From Octopus sinensis (taxonomy: Eukaryota), in NCBI RefSeq assembly GCF_006345805.1, contig NC_043001.1, forward strand, positions 27,404,001 to 27,468,000: a DNA stretch of 64,000 nt, read 5' to 3'. Below, one piece after another: positions 1-13,500 of the stretch. Numbering within the stretch: the stretch's first letter is position 1; every line of letters starts with the position of its first letter. A program made the translations under genes and the position numbers. The notes under the pieces were generated by a model. The model was not told the origin of the DNA. It saw only the letters and a list, made by a program, of their open reading frames with translations, and did not search any database.

Positions 1-176
1 AGGTCTCATTCACTTGTCATCATCTCGGTTTGAAGGTCGTGCTTCACCACCTCATCCAAGGTCTTCCTGAGTCTACCTTTTCCACAGGTTCCCTCTACTG
101 CTAGGGTATGATACTTTTTCACACAGCTGTCCTCATCCATATGCAACACATGACCATACCAGCACAGTCGTCTAAT
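1..176 (-). mobile_element. RTE-clade LINE ORF 3' fragment
   Basis: RRLCWYGHVLHMDEDSCVKK...VEGTCGKGRLRKT, typical RTE C-terminus. Confidence 0.8.
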
Positions 177-1027
177 GGTTTCAAATTTTGGCACGTGGGC
201 AGCAATTTTGGGGGAAAGGATGAGTCGATTACATCAACCCCAGTGTTCAACTGGTATTTATTTTATAGACCCTGAAATGATGAAAAGTAAAGTCAACCTC
301 AGCAGAATTTGAACTCAGAACATAGCGATGAGTGTAATATCGCTAAGCATTTCGTTCAGCGTGCTAAAGATTCCGCCAGCTTGCATTGAGAAGAATTATT
401 TGGGGTTTGAATAATTCACTTCTGAAAACTGGAAACATGGGTGCTTCATTCATCATCCTTAAACAAACTTTATTCAGGGATCTTTTGAGCAGGATGGGCT
501 ACTCAACCTGAAGAAAATTCTAACTGAGCCCCATCTGCAAGGTTATGTTATTTATCTTGATATGTGGTCAGTACTTGGACAGGAGGCTGAATGCACTTTT
601 GCCGAAGGATGAGAAGCTGAAGTCATGAAGCTGAACAGACAAGATGCCGAAAAGACAAGAAAATTAATATTTAATCTTGTTAAATCCTAAGTACCAAAGC
701 AATGAATTGGACATAAAACTATGTAGGTAGGAATATTTTTTTTTATTATTGTGTCCATTCATCTTTATGTCCGTTCAGCATAGTGTCTGTCTAGCATCTT
801 GGCTTTAGCTTTTTGTCCTTTGACAAAAGTGCATTCAGCACCCTGTCCATGCACAATGAGATCACCATGTCACACACATATGGTTGTGATGCATGTACTT
901 GGTGTACCCTTATCAGACGGGGAGTTATGATGGATATATTGAACTCCGAATATTTGTACCCCAGTGTCACTTTGATGGCATACATTGCTCTCTCACATAA
1001 TAATAATAATAATAATAATATACATAC

Positions 1028-1073
1028 CTGCAGAAGAAAAGAAAGATAGCACACCAGTTGGTTTCTTTGAAAC
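1028..1073 (-). CDS. POLD3: POLD3 coding exon 8
   Basis: ttttcAG|VSKKPTGVLSFFSSA|GTATGT. Confidence 0.75.
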
Positions 1074-4000
1074 CTGAAAATAGTAATTAACAATAACTCA
1101 ACCATTTCCTAAAATCTTCTAATACAAACTTCAACAAAACAACAAATTACACACTTTTAAGAAATGCAACTACATGATACATAACAGATTTATTCTAATT
1201 AAGGAACCAACTATTTTCAATCTACCACTATTTTCAGCCTATGCAAACAAATTCCTCTGCTAGGGCTCAGTAGAAAAAATGTAAAATTTCATTATCTTTC
1301 AATTTTTTTACTGGAGCGAAATTGTATCATTGGCATTCTAAAAGATTGAATTATTATTAAAATTAAATTCATGGTATTTTTCAAAGAGGTGTTATTTCAT
1401 TGATCAACAATATTTAGTTCAACTCCTACCAACCTTTTTAGCTGCCTGTTCCTTCTTCGGTTCAGAATTATTACTACTCTGATCTGTAGATGCTTGTTTG
1501 GAAATATTATTCTTATTGCATTGAGCAAACATTCCAGCAATTACTGATTTGGTAACTGAAGCCTTGGAACTGTTAGTGCTGCTGTTATTGTTGTTGTTAT
1601 TGCTGTCACTTTTTGTTTTAATGGATGTTTCATCAGATGTCTATTAGAAAAAAAATCAATATAGAGTTACAAAAATATTCATTCGTGTGTGACAAGCTCA
1701 AAACTTTAACCATTTCATTACAAAATTGTCTTGAGACAGCCTTCAGCCATGTGTTAGTAACGATAAACGTCGCCCTTTTTCAAGCCTAGCCAGGCTCATG
1801 GGCCCGGTTTCCATGGCGTATGTGTTCCCCCCAGCTGGACGGGATGCCAGTCCATCGAAGCATTACTCAAGAAACAGGAAGAGAGAGTGAGAGAAAGTTC
1901 TGGTGAAAGAGTACAACAGGGGTCGCCACACCCCCTGCCGGAGCCTTGTGGAGCTTTTAGGTGTTTTCGCTCAATAAACACACACAATGCCCAGTCTGGG
2001 AATTGAAACTGCAATCCTCTGACTGCAAGTCTGCTGCCCTAACCACTGGGCCATTGCACCTCCACATGCGCCCTTTTAAAGCCCAGCCAGGCTCATGGGC
2101 CCAGTTTCCCGGTTTCTATGGCGTATGTGTTCTCCAGCTGGACGGGATGCCAGTCCATTACAGCATTACTCATTTTTGCCAGCTGAGTGGACTGGAGCAA
2201 CGTGAAATGAAATGTTTTGCTCAAGAACACAATGCGTCGCCCGGTCCAGGAATCGAAACCACAATCTTACGATCATGGTGCTGACACCCTAACCACTAAG
2301 CCACGTGCCTCCACCCAGATTTACCTATTTATATTTAAATCAAAATATCAACACAAATTGCATCAGTATGTAAATTACAACCTGATTTCACCAGGTTAAC
2401 TAACATCTGTTGAACACCATCACCATTTGAATTTGTTACAACATAAATTTTATATTCTCCAAATATTTTGGCTCTCTCAGACAGTAGTGAAAGCAAGAAT
2501 AATTCCAAACTGGAATGAGAACTTGAAAAAAATTTCTTTTCCATATTTCTCAAAAAGAAAATAAAGATAACGATGCATTTTAGGAAGCTATCAATGAACC
2601 TTGCTGTGGCACCTATTTTTCCAACATGAAGACCTGAAGGCGGTTTTAAAACTGTATCAATATTTTCATATACATGAAGGTGGCATGCTGGGCAAAATGC
2701 TTAGCAGCGTATCATCCGGCTTTATCTTCTGAGTTCAAATTCCACCGAGATTGATAAAATAAGTACCAGTTGAGCAATGGGGACAATGCAATCAATTTAC
2801 CTCATCATCATCGTTTAATGTCCGTTTTCCATGCTGGCATGGGTTGGATGGTTTGACTGAGGTCTGGAGAGCCAGTGGCTGGACCGGGCTCCAATCTGAT
2901 TTGGCAATGTTTCAACAGCTTGATGCCCTTCCTAATGCCAATCGCTGTGACAGTGTAGTGGGTACCTTTTACGTGTCACCAGCACGGGAGCCAGTCAGGT
3001 GGGCCTGGTATCAGCCATGTTCGGATGGTACTTTTTATATACTACTGGCATGGAGTTAGTCTGGGGGCACTGGCATTGACCACGTTCAGATGGTGCTTTT
3101 TACATGCCACTGGTACGGGAGCCAGTCAGAGGACACACTGGAATTGACCACATTTGGATGGTTCTTTTTATGTGCCACTGGCATGGAGCCAGTCAGGGGA
3201 CACTGACATTGACCATTTTCGGATGGTATTTTTATCGTGTCACCTTCCTCTGAAATTCTGGCCTTGTACCAAAATTTGAAATCAGTATTTATTTCTTTAT
3301 TGCCTACAAGGGGCTAAACAGAGAGGGGACAAACAAGGACAGACAAAAGGATTAAGTTGATTACATCGAACCCAGTGCATAACTGGTACTTATTTAATCA
3401 ACCCTGAAAGGATGAAAGGCAAAGTCAACCTCGGCAGAATTTGAACTTAGAACGTAGAGGCAGACAAAATACTGTTAAGCATTTCACCCGGCATGCAAAT
3501 GATTCTGCCAGCTCGCCAACTTAAATCAGTATTTTCAGATACATGATGCCAGAAATACACCAGCATGAAGTGGGGAGAGGGGAGAATTATTTGAATTAAA
3601 ATTTCTCTTGAACACTGTACATAGGTGGTTGGGGTATAAAGCCTGGATAAGTTTCTGACAATGCCAAATATATCTATAAAATGGGTTTTGTAAGGCAGAC
3701 ACTGCAATGGGTTTCAGCAGAAAAGAAATTTGTCTATGATTTCATACAAGAATAAGAGACAAACTCATTTCCATCCATGTCCACTCGTCCTGTTTTGTGA
3801 ACAGCTGTGGTTATAAATTTCCAACAAGCTAATTACTAATTCATTACATCTCCAATAGTGAGAGTGACAAGACAGTTTGTATAACTTATGTGAAATAAAA
3901 TACCACAAGGTATTTTTGTTTTGAATACACGCATTTTATTAGACATTTCATCTGTATCTTTTGCCAAGAGTCTGGAATCACATGGCTGAGAAGCAAACTT

Positions 4001-7000
4001 TTTAATCACACAGCCATATCTGCACCTTAAACCAATCTTGAGTCATTTCATTTGGAAAACCAAACATTCAAAGATCTAACCTAACTGTTTTTTCCCAAAC
4101 TCCTTTTGTACTTCTCGTACAGTACAGTACTTCTCTATGGCTGTGAAACGTGGCCTATGCGGATGGTCGATCAACGAAGGCTGGAAGTCTTCGACAATGA
4201 CTGCCTCCGGTGCATTCTTCGCTGCCGTCGGGTGAATCAAGTTCCCACCGCCAATCTCCGATTTCACCTGTCTCTATGGCCCCTTCCATCTGTCCTTCTG
4301 CAATGGCGCTTGCGGTGGTTTGGCCAAGCATGTAGGCGTCCGGTGGGTGAACTGAGCCGTGATGTCCTTCTCCCAACTCCACTTCCCAACTGGCGGAAAC
4401 GCGCGGGCGGGCAACTGAAGACCTGGGCTACGACGATCAAGGAGGACCTCTCCGTGCTCACGGGTCCGCAGGTGGTCGGCCTGCGTCGATGGAACCGTGA
4501 CTGGCTTGCTATCTCCAGTGAACTGGCACAGGACCGTCGTGCGTGGGCTGCCATGGTTCGAGATGCCTCGAGGGTGGTAGAAGAAGCCGACTCAACCCGC
4601 CCAGGGTGAATGTCGCCACAAGTACAAGTAGTAAACTCCTTTTGTTCTATATTGATCAGTGAAGCAGCAAAGACATAACTGATACATGCCAGCTAGCAAG
4701 TGCAGAATCCACAATACTTCTGTACAAATCCTGCAGAAATTAGCTGAGATTTTACCTGTAGATTGATGAAATTTGAACTAAATAAGCTAAAATGGAAAAA
4801 GCAACTTAAGTACAGGATTTCAGATTGAATGATTTCAGTTTCTATGTTGTATCTACAATAGAACTAAGAAAAGACACTCTAAAAGCAAACCATGTTTCCT
4901 CATCTCAGAGACTGGGCATCTTGCTAGAAAGCACCACTAATCCCATACGACCTATGAATGAGACAAGCAATTTATAGAATATTTACAACAGACACAGGAG
5001 TGGCTGTGTGGTAAGTAGCTTGCTTACCAACTACATGGTTCCAGGTTCATTCCCACTGCATGACACCTTGGGCAAGTGTCTTCTACTACAGCCTTGGGTC
5101 GACCAAAGCCTTGTGAGTGGATTTGGTAGATGGAAACTGAAAGAAGCCTGTCATATATATGTATATATATGTGTGTGTGTATATGTTTGTCCCCCCCAAC
5201 ATCGCTTGACAACCGATGGTGGTGTGTTTACGTCTCCGTAACTTAGCAGTTCGGCAAAAGAGACCGACAGAATAAGTACTAGGCTTACAAAGAATAAGTC
5301 CTGGGGTCGATTCGCTCGACTAAAGGCGGTGCTCCAGCATGGCTGCAGTCAAATGACTGAAACAAGTAAAAGAGAGTTAAAGAGAGTAACCTGGACAGAA
5401 AATGTGGAAAGGACAATAAAAAAATGTACAAATTGATTTACAAACCTTTAAAGGAGAATTAGGTTGAATATCCTCAGTTTTAACTTTCCTCTCTGTCTTT
5501 TGTGCTGCATCATACTTAACTGCACTATACCTGCAGACAATACAAAAACATATAACAACTTGTCAATAAAGCTTTCTTATCTACCTCTGCTATTACCAAC
5601 CACACTATTCCCATCTATTTACTTCTGAGCCACCACAGTCGGAGTCAGCATGTATTCAAGAACATTAATCACTGACACAGGTCAGGGGATTGCATTTCAC
5701 TTGTATTTTATTTTTAACTTGGTTTCTCTGGCTGAATGCTCTTCTCAATGCCAACCACTTTCCAGAATACAAGAGGTGATTTTTCTCTCATGGCACCAGT
5801 GCTACAGACATGCCAAGACCCCAACAAGTTTAAAGGGATCTCTCACCTTTACAGTTTATAGTGTGTAGTGGGTATATTTTTCTTGGTATCAGCAATAGAG
5901 AAGCAGCCATGTCTAAAGGAACTTCACAACTCTATGCCTCTAATCCCTTACAACCTCTTTACAAAGTCAGAAGCATGAATAATAGCAATAAGGGGGATAA
6001 ATAATAGGAGGAGGAGTGATAGGGTTATATACCATAAATCCTCAAGTATGATCCGCATTTTTTCCCCAAAATTTAAAGGTCAAAATCCCTAGTGCGTACT
6101 ATAAACGAGGTTAAAAATGAAAATTATTTTCTAAGCAATGTCCGAGTCTCTATTTGCTGTGCAGCAATGTTTATTCAGCTGCATTTTGGGATGTCAGGTG
6201 CGAAAATACCTTAAGCTAAGCCTGAAAGCAATGAAGTCATAAAAGAATCATCCATAACTTGCAGTAAGCAACAGTTATTAAATTAAAAGTATTCAGAACA
6301 CAGAATAACATGTAACAAAAACAATTTGCAAACATATTTACATTCCCATATAACAGTTAAGAACATCACCATTATAGTATTACGCATGCACGGAAGTGTT
6401 TGTTCGACTAGGTGCTGCTAGCTTAATTACGCACGACTCAAGTTAGAGAAGGGGTGCGTATTATACACAAGGTTTAGGTTTTTCAGAGGTACAACCCCCT
6501 AAAAATCACCTGCGTATTATACTCAAGGATTTACAGTACATATCTTCAAGCAATGACAGAAGGCAAAGTGACCTAGTAGATAGAGCAATGACTTAGACCC
6601 AGGATGTTAGAAAGAAAAAGGAGCGAAATCATGATGGCGGACGGAGTGATGACAGATAGTGCAGGAGGAGAATGTGAAATTAAAATGTAATTTACACAAA
6701 TGATCTCCTGTAGTTTCCTATACATAGACTTTTGAGATGAGCAGAAATGTCAAGTGATATGGGTTTATAAAAAGTAGATAGGCCCTGTACCACGCTGGGG
6801 CATCACTTTGAAGAATTTTTAGTCAAATGAATCAACCACAGTAGTTAATTTTTTTGTTTTTAAGCCTGATGCTTATTCCATCCATCTCTTTTGCTGAACT
6901 GTTATGTTACAGGGATGTAAACACACCAACACTGGCTGTCAAGTGATAGTAGGGGACAAACACACACACGCACACACATATCTATGAACGGTTTCTTTCA

Positions 7001-10000
7001 GGTTCTATTTACCAAAGCTATAGTTGAAGACACTTGTGCAAGATGCCACATAGTGGGGCTGAACCCAGAACCATGTGGTTGAGCAGCAAGCTTCTTACCA
7101 CAAAGTCATGCCTGCACCTATGATACTTAAGTTTCTTGTTGCCTTAAGCTTATAAAGATGTGTGGAATATAAAAAAATCCCTAACTTGAAAAACTGGTGA
7201 GCATTGATGACAGGAACAGCATCCAGCTGCAAAACCCTGTCTCCAATAAGTCCCTGTCTAGTCCATACTAACATGGAAAAATGGACATGAAATGAACAAA
7301 CTGTATGTAGTAGTATTAGAGTTTCTCAAAACATCTATAAACAACTGCTATCAGTAGCAAGGTTTCATCAGTTTGTATTTGCTAGTTTGTAATAATGTAA
7401 ACAAATATGAACAGAAAAATCTCAACTAGGATTGAAACTAGGTTAGGCCAATCTTTTTCTGTCCATTTGTTCACATTTGTTCAAGTGCACTCAATTACAT
7501 ATCACAGCATCAGCTAAAAGCTTGGACTGTTTATAAAGGTATATCTTAATGTCCATTTGAAAGTATTAAACACACACTGTTTAGTTCATCAATAATTAAA
7601 TAATGAAAATTATCTTCTCTGAAATAATTTACAGCAGAGATGTACAAGATTAGTCTGCAACTCTGAACAAAGTTAAAAGTAAGTCAATCCAGTAAAAACC
7701 ACACTTTTCTCAAGAACAATATAATATAAACTCTGAATAATATTTGACATTTAATATAAGAGAAGAACGATATTCATTCAAGTAAAGAATAGTAAGTTTA
7801 ACATCAAACCTGGATGAGTCAATCTCACTTTCTTTCATTTTCTGGTAATCTGTAATATATAGTACACTGGAATCCTAAAGAAAAAGAAGTAATATCTTTA
7901 TTATAATTTCAAGATATCTTTAAGCAATTATAGTATACTAGGTTATAAATTGCACATACATGTACAATATTTTTTTTTAATGGCTCAGTTAAAGGCAAAA
8001 AAAACAGCATCTATAAAACTTTTCTGAGTCTCCAAGACTCATGGGAGGAAGTTATCCTCTGACCAGAAACCTGGATGCTTACAACAAAATAGACTCTGCT
8101 AAAGACACCCAAACTGACTTGTAGTTGAAGTCTCTCCAAGAAGAGAATCACTCACTCAGACTTCCAATATAATTCACAGGGATTTGGTCAACCTAATATC
8201 TAAGTAGAAGACACATTACCCAAGGCACTGTACAGTGGGAATCATGTCAAAAACACAGATCGTGCCCAACAGTCTAGAAGGTAGTAATGACAAACATGTA
8301 TTTTGAAACAAATGATTATAAGATGTAAGCAGCCAAACAATCAGTTTTATGGATCCCAAGGTAAGAAGTGTTATTTGTGTTCTATGTTTCTATGATGGCA
8401 GAGTTTAATCTTTTAGATACCAACCCACCTGAGCTGCTTTTTGTTCTATAACACAAACTTTTTGTTTTAAAGTGATCTAAATTAAAATCTGCCATCAAAA
8501 TTGATTTATGTTCCAAATACAAGTTTAATAATGACAGTTATTTTACTAAATTCATTATTTTCAAAATTTATTGAAACAAAGAGAAAGAATTTCAACATAA
8601 ATATGGTAACGAAAAGGTTAAATTAATCCATAAATATACTAATTTAAATTAAAGTATATCTCTTAGTCTGATGCAAATTTTCCAGCAAGGTAGAGTGAAG
8701 CAACTGCAATGAATATTCTATCCAGCCAACCATGTCACTATTTCTGAGAGGGTCGTGGGAGTGAACCCTCAGGCATTTCCTCAATAGGGTCCTATCAGAA
8801 ACAAGTGTCTGGCTGGATTCCCAAGCATGGTCAACTAAGACTGGATATTATCCAGCCATCTCAATCTTGGTCTTCTTCTAGGTTTTGTACCTGTTGATTC
8901 TTCTTGAATTTGTCTTGCAATTGTTTCCTGTGACATTCTAATCACATCTTTTTATCTTTTATCTTTTACTCGTTTCAGTCATTTGACTGCAGCCATGCTG
9001 GAGCACCGCCTTTAGTCGAGTAAATCGACCCCGGGACTTATTCTTTGTAAGCCCAGTACTTATTCTATCGGTCTCTTTTTGCCGAACCGCTAAGTGACGG
9101 GGACGTAAACACACCAGCATCGGTTGTCAAGCAATGCTAGGGGGACAAACACACACACACATATATACATATATACGACAGGCTTCTTTCAGTTTCCGTC
9201 TACCAAATCCACTCACAAGGCATTGGTCGACCCGGGGCTATAGCAGAAGACACTTGCCCAAGATGCCACGCAGTGGGACTGAACCCGGAACCATGTGGTT
9301 GGTTAGCAAGCTACTTACCACACAGCCACTCCTGCGCCTATGTTCACAATACTTTTAGAAGTATTCTAATACAATTAGAAGCTTTGACTTCTAATAGGGA
9401 GAAGTAGCAGCTCAACATGGAGGGACTCCCTTATCAAATATAAGTATATTACAGCTAGCCACTGCTTAGCATTTTCATTTAAAATTTGTAGATTCATAAT
9501 ACCCTTCAGGTGAATAATTGATTTATCTTTATTAAATGTTTCATATACAGTCATGTGTCATAAAATATATGAACAATTCCTTGATTAACAAACTTATAAA
9601 ATAAACTGACCTTTAATTTGGATTTTTGAACACTATATATATGACAACTGTATAATTGTTGAAGAGAGCTTTTAACAGTTTCCAATTTTTCTTCAGGAAC
9701 CACACTACAAAAGACCACCTAAAAGCAAAAAAAAATTTCTGTTACATTTGACCACCTCAATGATGTAGATAAGTCATTATTACAGTTAATCATTGGAAAC
9801 AGTTGAATAATTACTTAATTACTTTCTTTGAAAATTTTCATTGTATGGATGAAGACTCTTACCATTTTAAACATACAGAAAATCCTTAATTATGAAAAAA
9901 ACAAATACAGGGTATGTCAGTATTTTGAGGTCATTTGTAGGAATGAAGAAAAAGAAGTATAGCACATCAGAGAAAAACTTTAATAAAAAGAAAATTGGTA

Positions 10001-10146
10001 CAAATAATTTTGAGAGTCCTTAAAATCTAGGGATTACTTCATATTTATATGACCTGAGCATAATATCTTCAGAGGGGCAAAATATACCAGTATTTCCTTG
10101 GATGAAACCATCCCTTCATGAGGTTAACATAACCTCTAATTGAATT

Positions 10147-10190
<44 letters not shown>

Positions 10191-10544
10191 AAAAGGCTTC
10201 CAAATAAGGAAGTGTTGTGCTAGAAACACAAAAGGGGATAAATTCATGAAAGGAATGAAAATTAAAAACGTTTACCATCTCAGCTATATCCTAGACCGAC
10301 GGTTTCTACCTATTTTTAGCAAGCAAACAGAATATATTTGCCAAGGCAAGGTTCTTCAGTAGGAAGCCTTCGTAATCCTAGATGCACAAACCGTTAGAAG
10401 CACATGTTGATCTAACGGTTTGTATATCCTAACTTTTCAACCTCTGTGCAGACGCAAATCATACCCGGCAACAGAGAGGATGCCGGTAAAAAATTTACGA
10501 GCAAATTTATCAAGCAATATTTAAACAGAGTAAAATAGGGTAAT

Positions 10545-10582
<38 letters not shown>

Positions 10583-13500
10583 AATCTGAAAGATTGATTT
10601 ACATTTCTGTTTGAATTGTTGCTTTTAATCTGAGTATTGATCTAAACTGGTTTAATTCCAAACCATAACATTTTACTCATCCTTTTTACATTCTTTTATA
10701 CAAGTCAACAAAGCAATGTTGAAAATAACTGTGAGCTGTATATTGCTGTGTCATTACAACATACATCAGTTGACTTTTTATTTCTAATATGATTCTTGCT
10801 AAAGAAAATCATTACTAGCCTCTTAGACCTAGGGATTACTCACCCATTTAATTCTGAAACACGAATATAGCTAAAAATCAAAACAGCAAGAATTAGAATA
10901 CAGTACTTTTGCAAGGATAAACGTTAGATTTTCTTTGACAAGACATATTTCATACCCTAACAAAACCTAACAACACTCAATCCTGATCAGACAGTATCAA
11001 TATACATAAAAGTGTGGAAGAGAGAAAGGGTCTACCTCAAGTAAACCTAACAGAGATCAGCTATTGAAGTTGAGAGCTTTGATGAAGGAAAAACAGGAAA
11101 AGCAGATAAAACACCAGGAATAGTAAATAGTGACAGAAAAGAAACCAGTGAAATAGGATAAGCATTAGTCATTTGTCTTGTCTATCAGGTAGTATACATG
11201 AAGGAGTCATGCTCAATAAATAGTGTTGCAATATTATCATCAACTGGTACAAGGGCAAATGCAAAACTCCAGAAAGAAGCAGCAGCAACATCATCATCAT
11301 CATCATCATCATCATTTAACGTCCGCTTTCCATGCTAGCATGGGTTGGACGATTTGACTGAGGTCTGGCGAACCAGACTCCAATCTGATCTGGCAGAGTT
11401 TCTACAGCTGCATGCCCTTCCTAATGCCAACCACTCCAAGAGTGTAGTGGGTGCTTTTACGTGCCACCGGCAGGAGGGCCAGTTTGGTGGTACTGGCAAC
11501 GGCCATGCCCAAATGGTGCTTTTTACGTGCCACCAGCACAGGAGCCAGGCTAGTGGCACTGGCGACGACCTCGCAACAAAAACATCAAACTGATGAGCCA
11601 AATAATGGAAGTAATAGAAACTGATTAGGAGGAGAAATACATATGTAGATTGGAATTTTGCTTGGGAATGTCATAAACATCGTGCAATTTCGTTTCCTAT
11701 ACCCTATAAATCTGAGATATTTTAAAAATCAATATATATCTAATATTTACATAGTTTTCAATTAACAGGTCTACTCCTGTGAACAACAAAACAAATTACT
11801 CCTTACTTTGGTTCCATCCTTCTTTTTATCCGTTATTCCTGCCACAAAATAGGTGACATGAAGGCAATCAGAATCCTTTTCACTTCTCTGTTGCTTCACA
11901 AAGTTGAATAACATCCTAAGAAAAGATGCCAAGATCATTAATGATTTTGTTACAGGAAAAATAATAAATTATATATTCACATTTATATTACCACAATTAT
12001 TTTTTGTCTCCTGTTGATGTTTTAGACAAATTAATCTATCTGATATTGTGTCAGAAGTGACTGTGGTTTAAGTTAGCAGGTGTTTGTGACAAAAGTAAAT
12101 CGTAACTTGTTAGGAAGTGACACTATAAAACATTGGTTCTTAACCATTTTTTGTAGTTCTTCCCACCCCCACATCCTTTTAAGTAATTCATCATCATCAT
12201 CATCGTTTAACATCAACATGGGTTGGATGATTTGACTGAGGTCTGGCAAACCAGATGGCTGCACCAGGCTCCAATCTGATCTGGCAGAGTTTCTACAGCT
12301 GGATGCCCTTCCTAACGCCAACCACTTCGAGAGTGTAGTGGGTGCTTTTACGTGTCACCGGCACGACTGCCAGTCAGGCAGTACTGGCAATGGCCATGCT
12401 CAAATGGTGCTTATGTGCCACCTGCACAGGAGCCAGTCCAGCGGCACTGGCAATGACCTCGCTCGAATGTTTTTTTCGCATGCCACTAGTACAAGTGCCA
12501 GTAAAGCGACGCAGGTAACGATCACGCTCGAATGGTGCATTTTACGTGCCACTGGCACGGAAGCCAGTTTGTTGCTCTGGCAATGATCACACTCAGATGG
12601 TATTCTTAGCAGTCCACTAGCATGGATGCCAGTCATCGAATTTGATTTCGATTTCAATACAAATAAGATAATGTATTTTCAAACACACAAACACTAATAG
12701 AATAGCAAAGACAGGATAAAATATCCATACAAAATGGAAAAATATGTCAGCAACTAGCCATGAGACTTTATACATTGCAAGTTAATAATTTTTCTGTGCT
12801 TGATGAAATCTCATTTTATTTTAATAACCATTACTAGTTTTATCATGTATAACATAATTACTACTATAAGTAAAATTTAGTATGTCTCATGGCTGGTTGC
12901 CGACATATATTTCTGTTTTCTATGGATATTTTATCCTGTCTCTGCTGTTCTATCAGCGTTCATGCATTTGAAAATTAATTATTACCTTATTTATATCTCA
13001 TAATACACATTTCAGCACTTCTAAAGCAAACGTTGGTTTGTTTACATTCATCATTTTAAGTAGCTGTTATGCCTAACACCCACCTAAGTGGCAAGGGAGG
13101 TATCGTGACTAAACTTAACATGGATGATAATTTATGAAATTTACTCTAAAAGTGGATTGATTGTGTAAGCTTTTAATAGTGAAATAATAAAAAAATTAAT
13201 GAGGACAAAAGATGTAAATTTACTTTATACATTGCAAGTTAATGACTTCCCTGTGCCTGACAAAATCTCATTTTATTTTAATAACCATTACTAGTTTTAT
13301 TGTGTATAATTACTACTATAGGTAAAATTTAGTATGTTAATTATGCTCCTTCACTGCACCCTAAAGCCTAACACCCCTATCAATATGTCCAGTGTCCTCT
13401 GGATGGGCAGTACCACTGACATTGAGAACCTCTGCTATAAAAGAATGTCATACTGTTCTATATACTTCTACAGTAAAACAATGTGATTTAAAAAAAAAAG

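Noticed and set aside
791-1105. 104 aa minus-strand ORF
   Set aside because: Overlaps POLD3 exon 8 in another frame plus repeat sequence; no recognisable homology
9134-9358. Recurrent ORF RQASFSFRLPNPLTR...[17 protein letters not shown] found several times
   Set aside because: Antisense translation of the tRNA SINE, not a gene family
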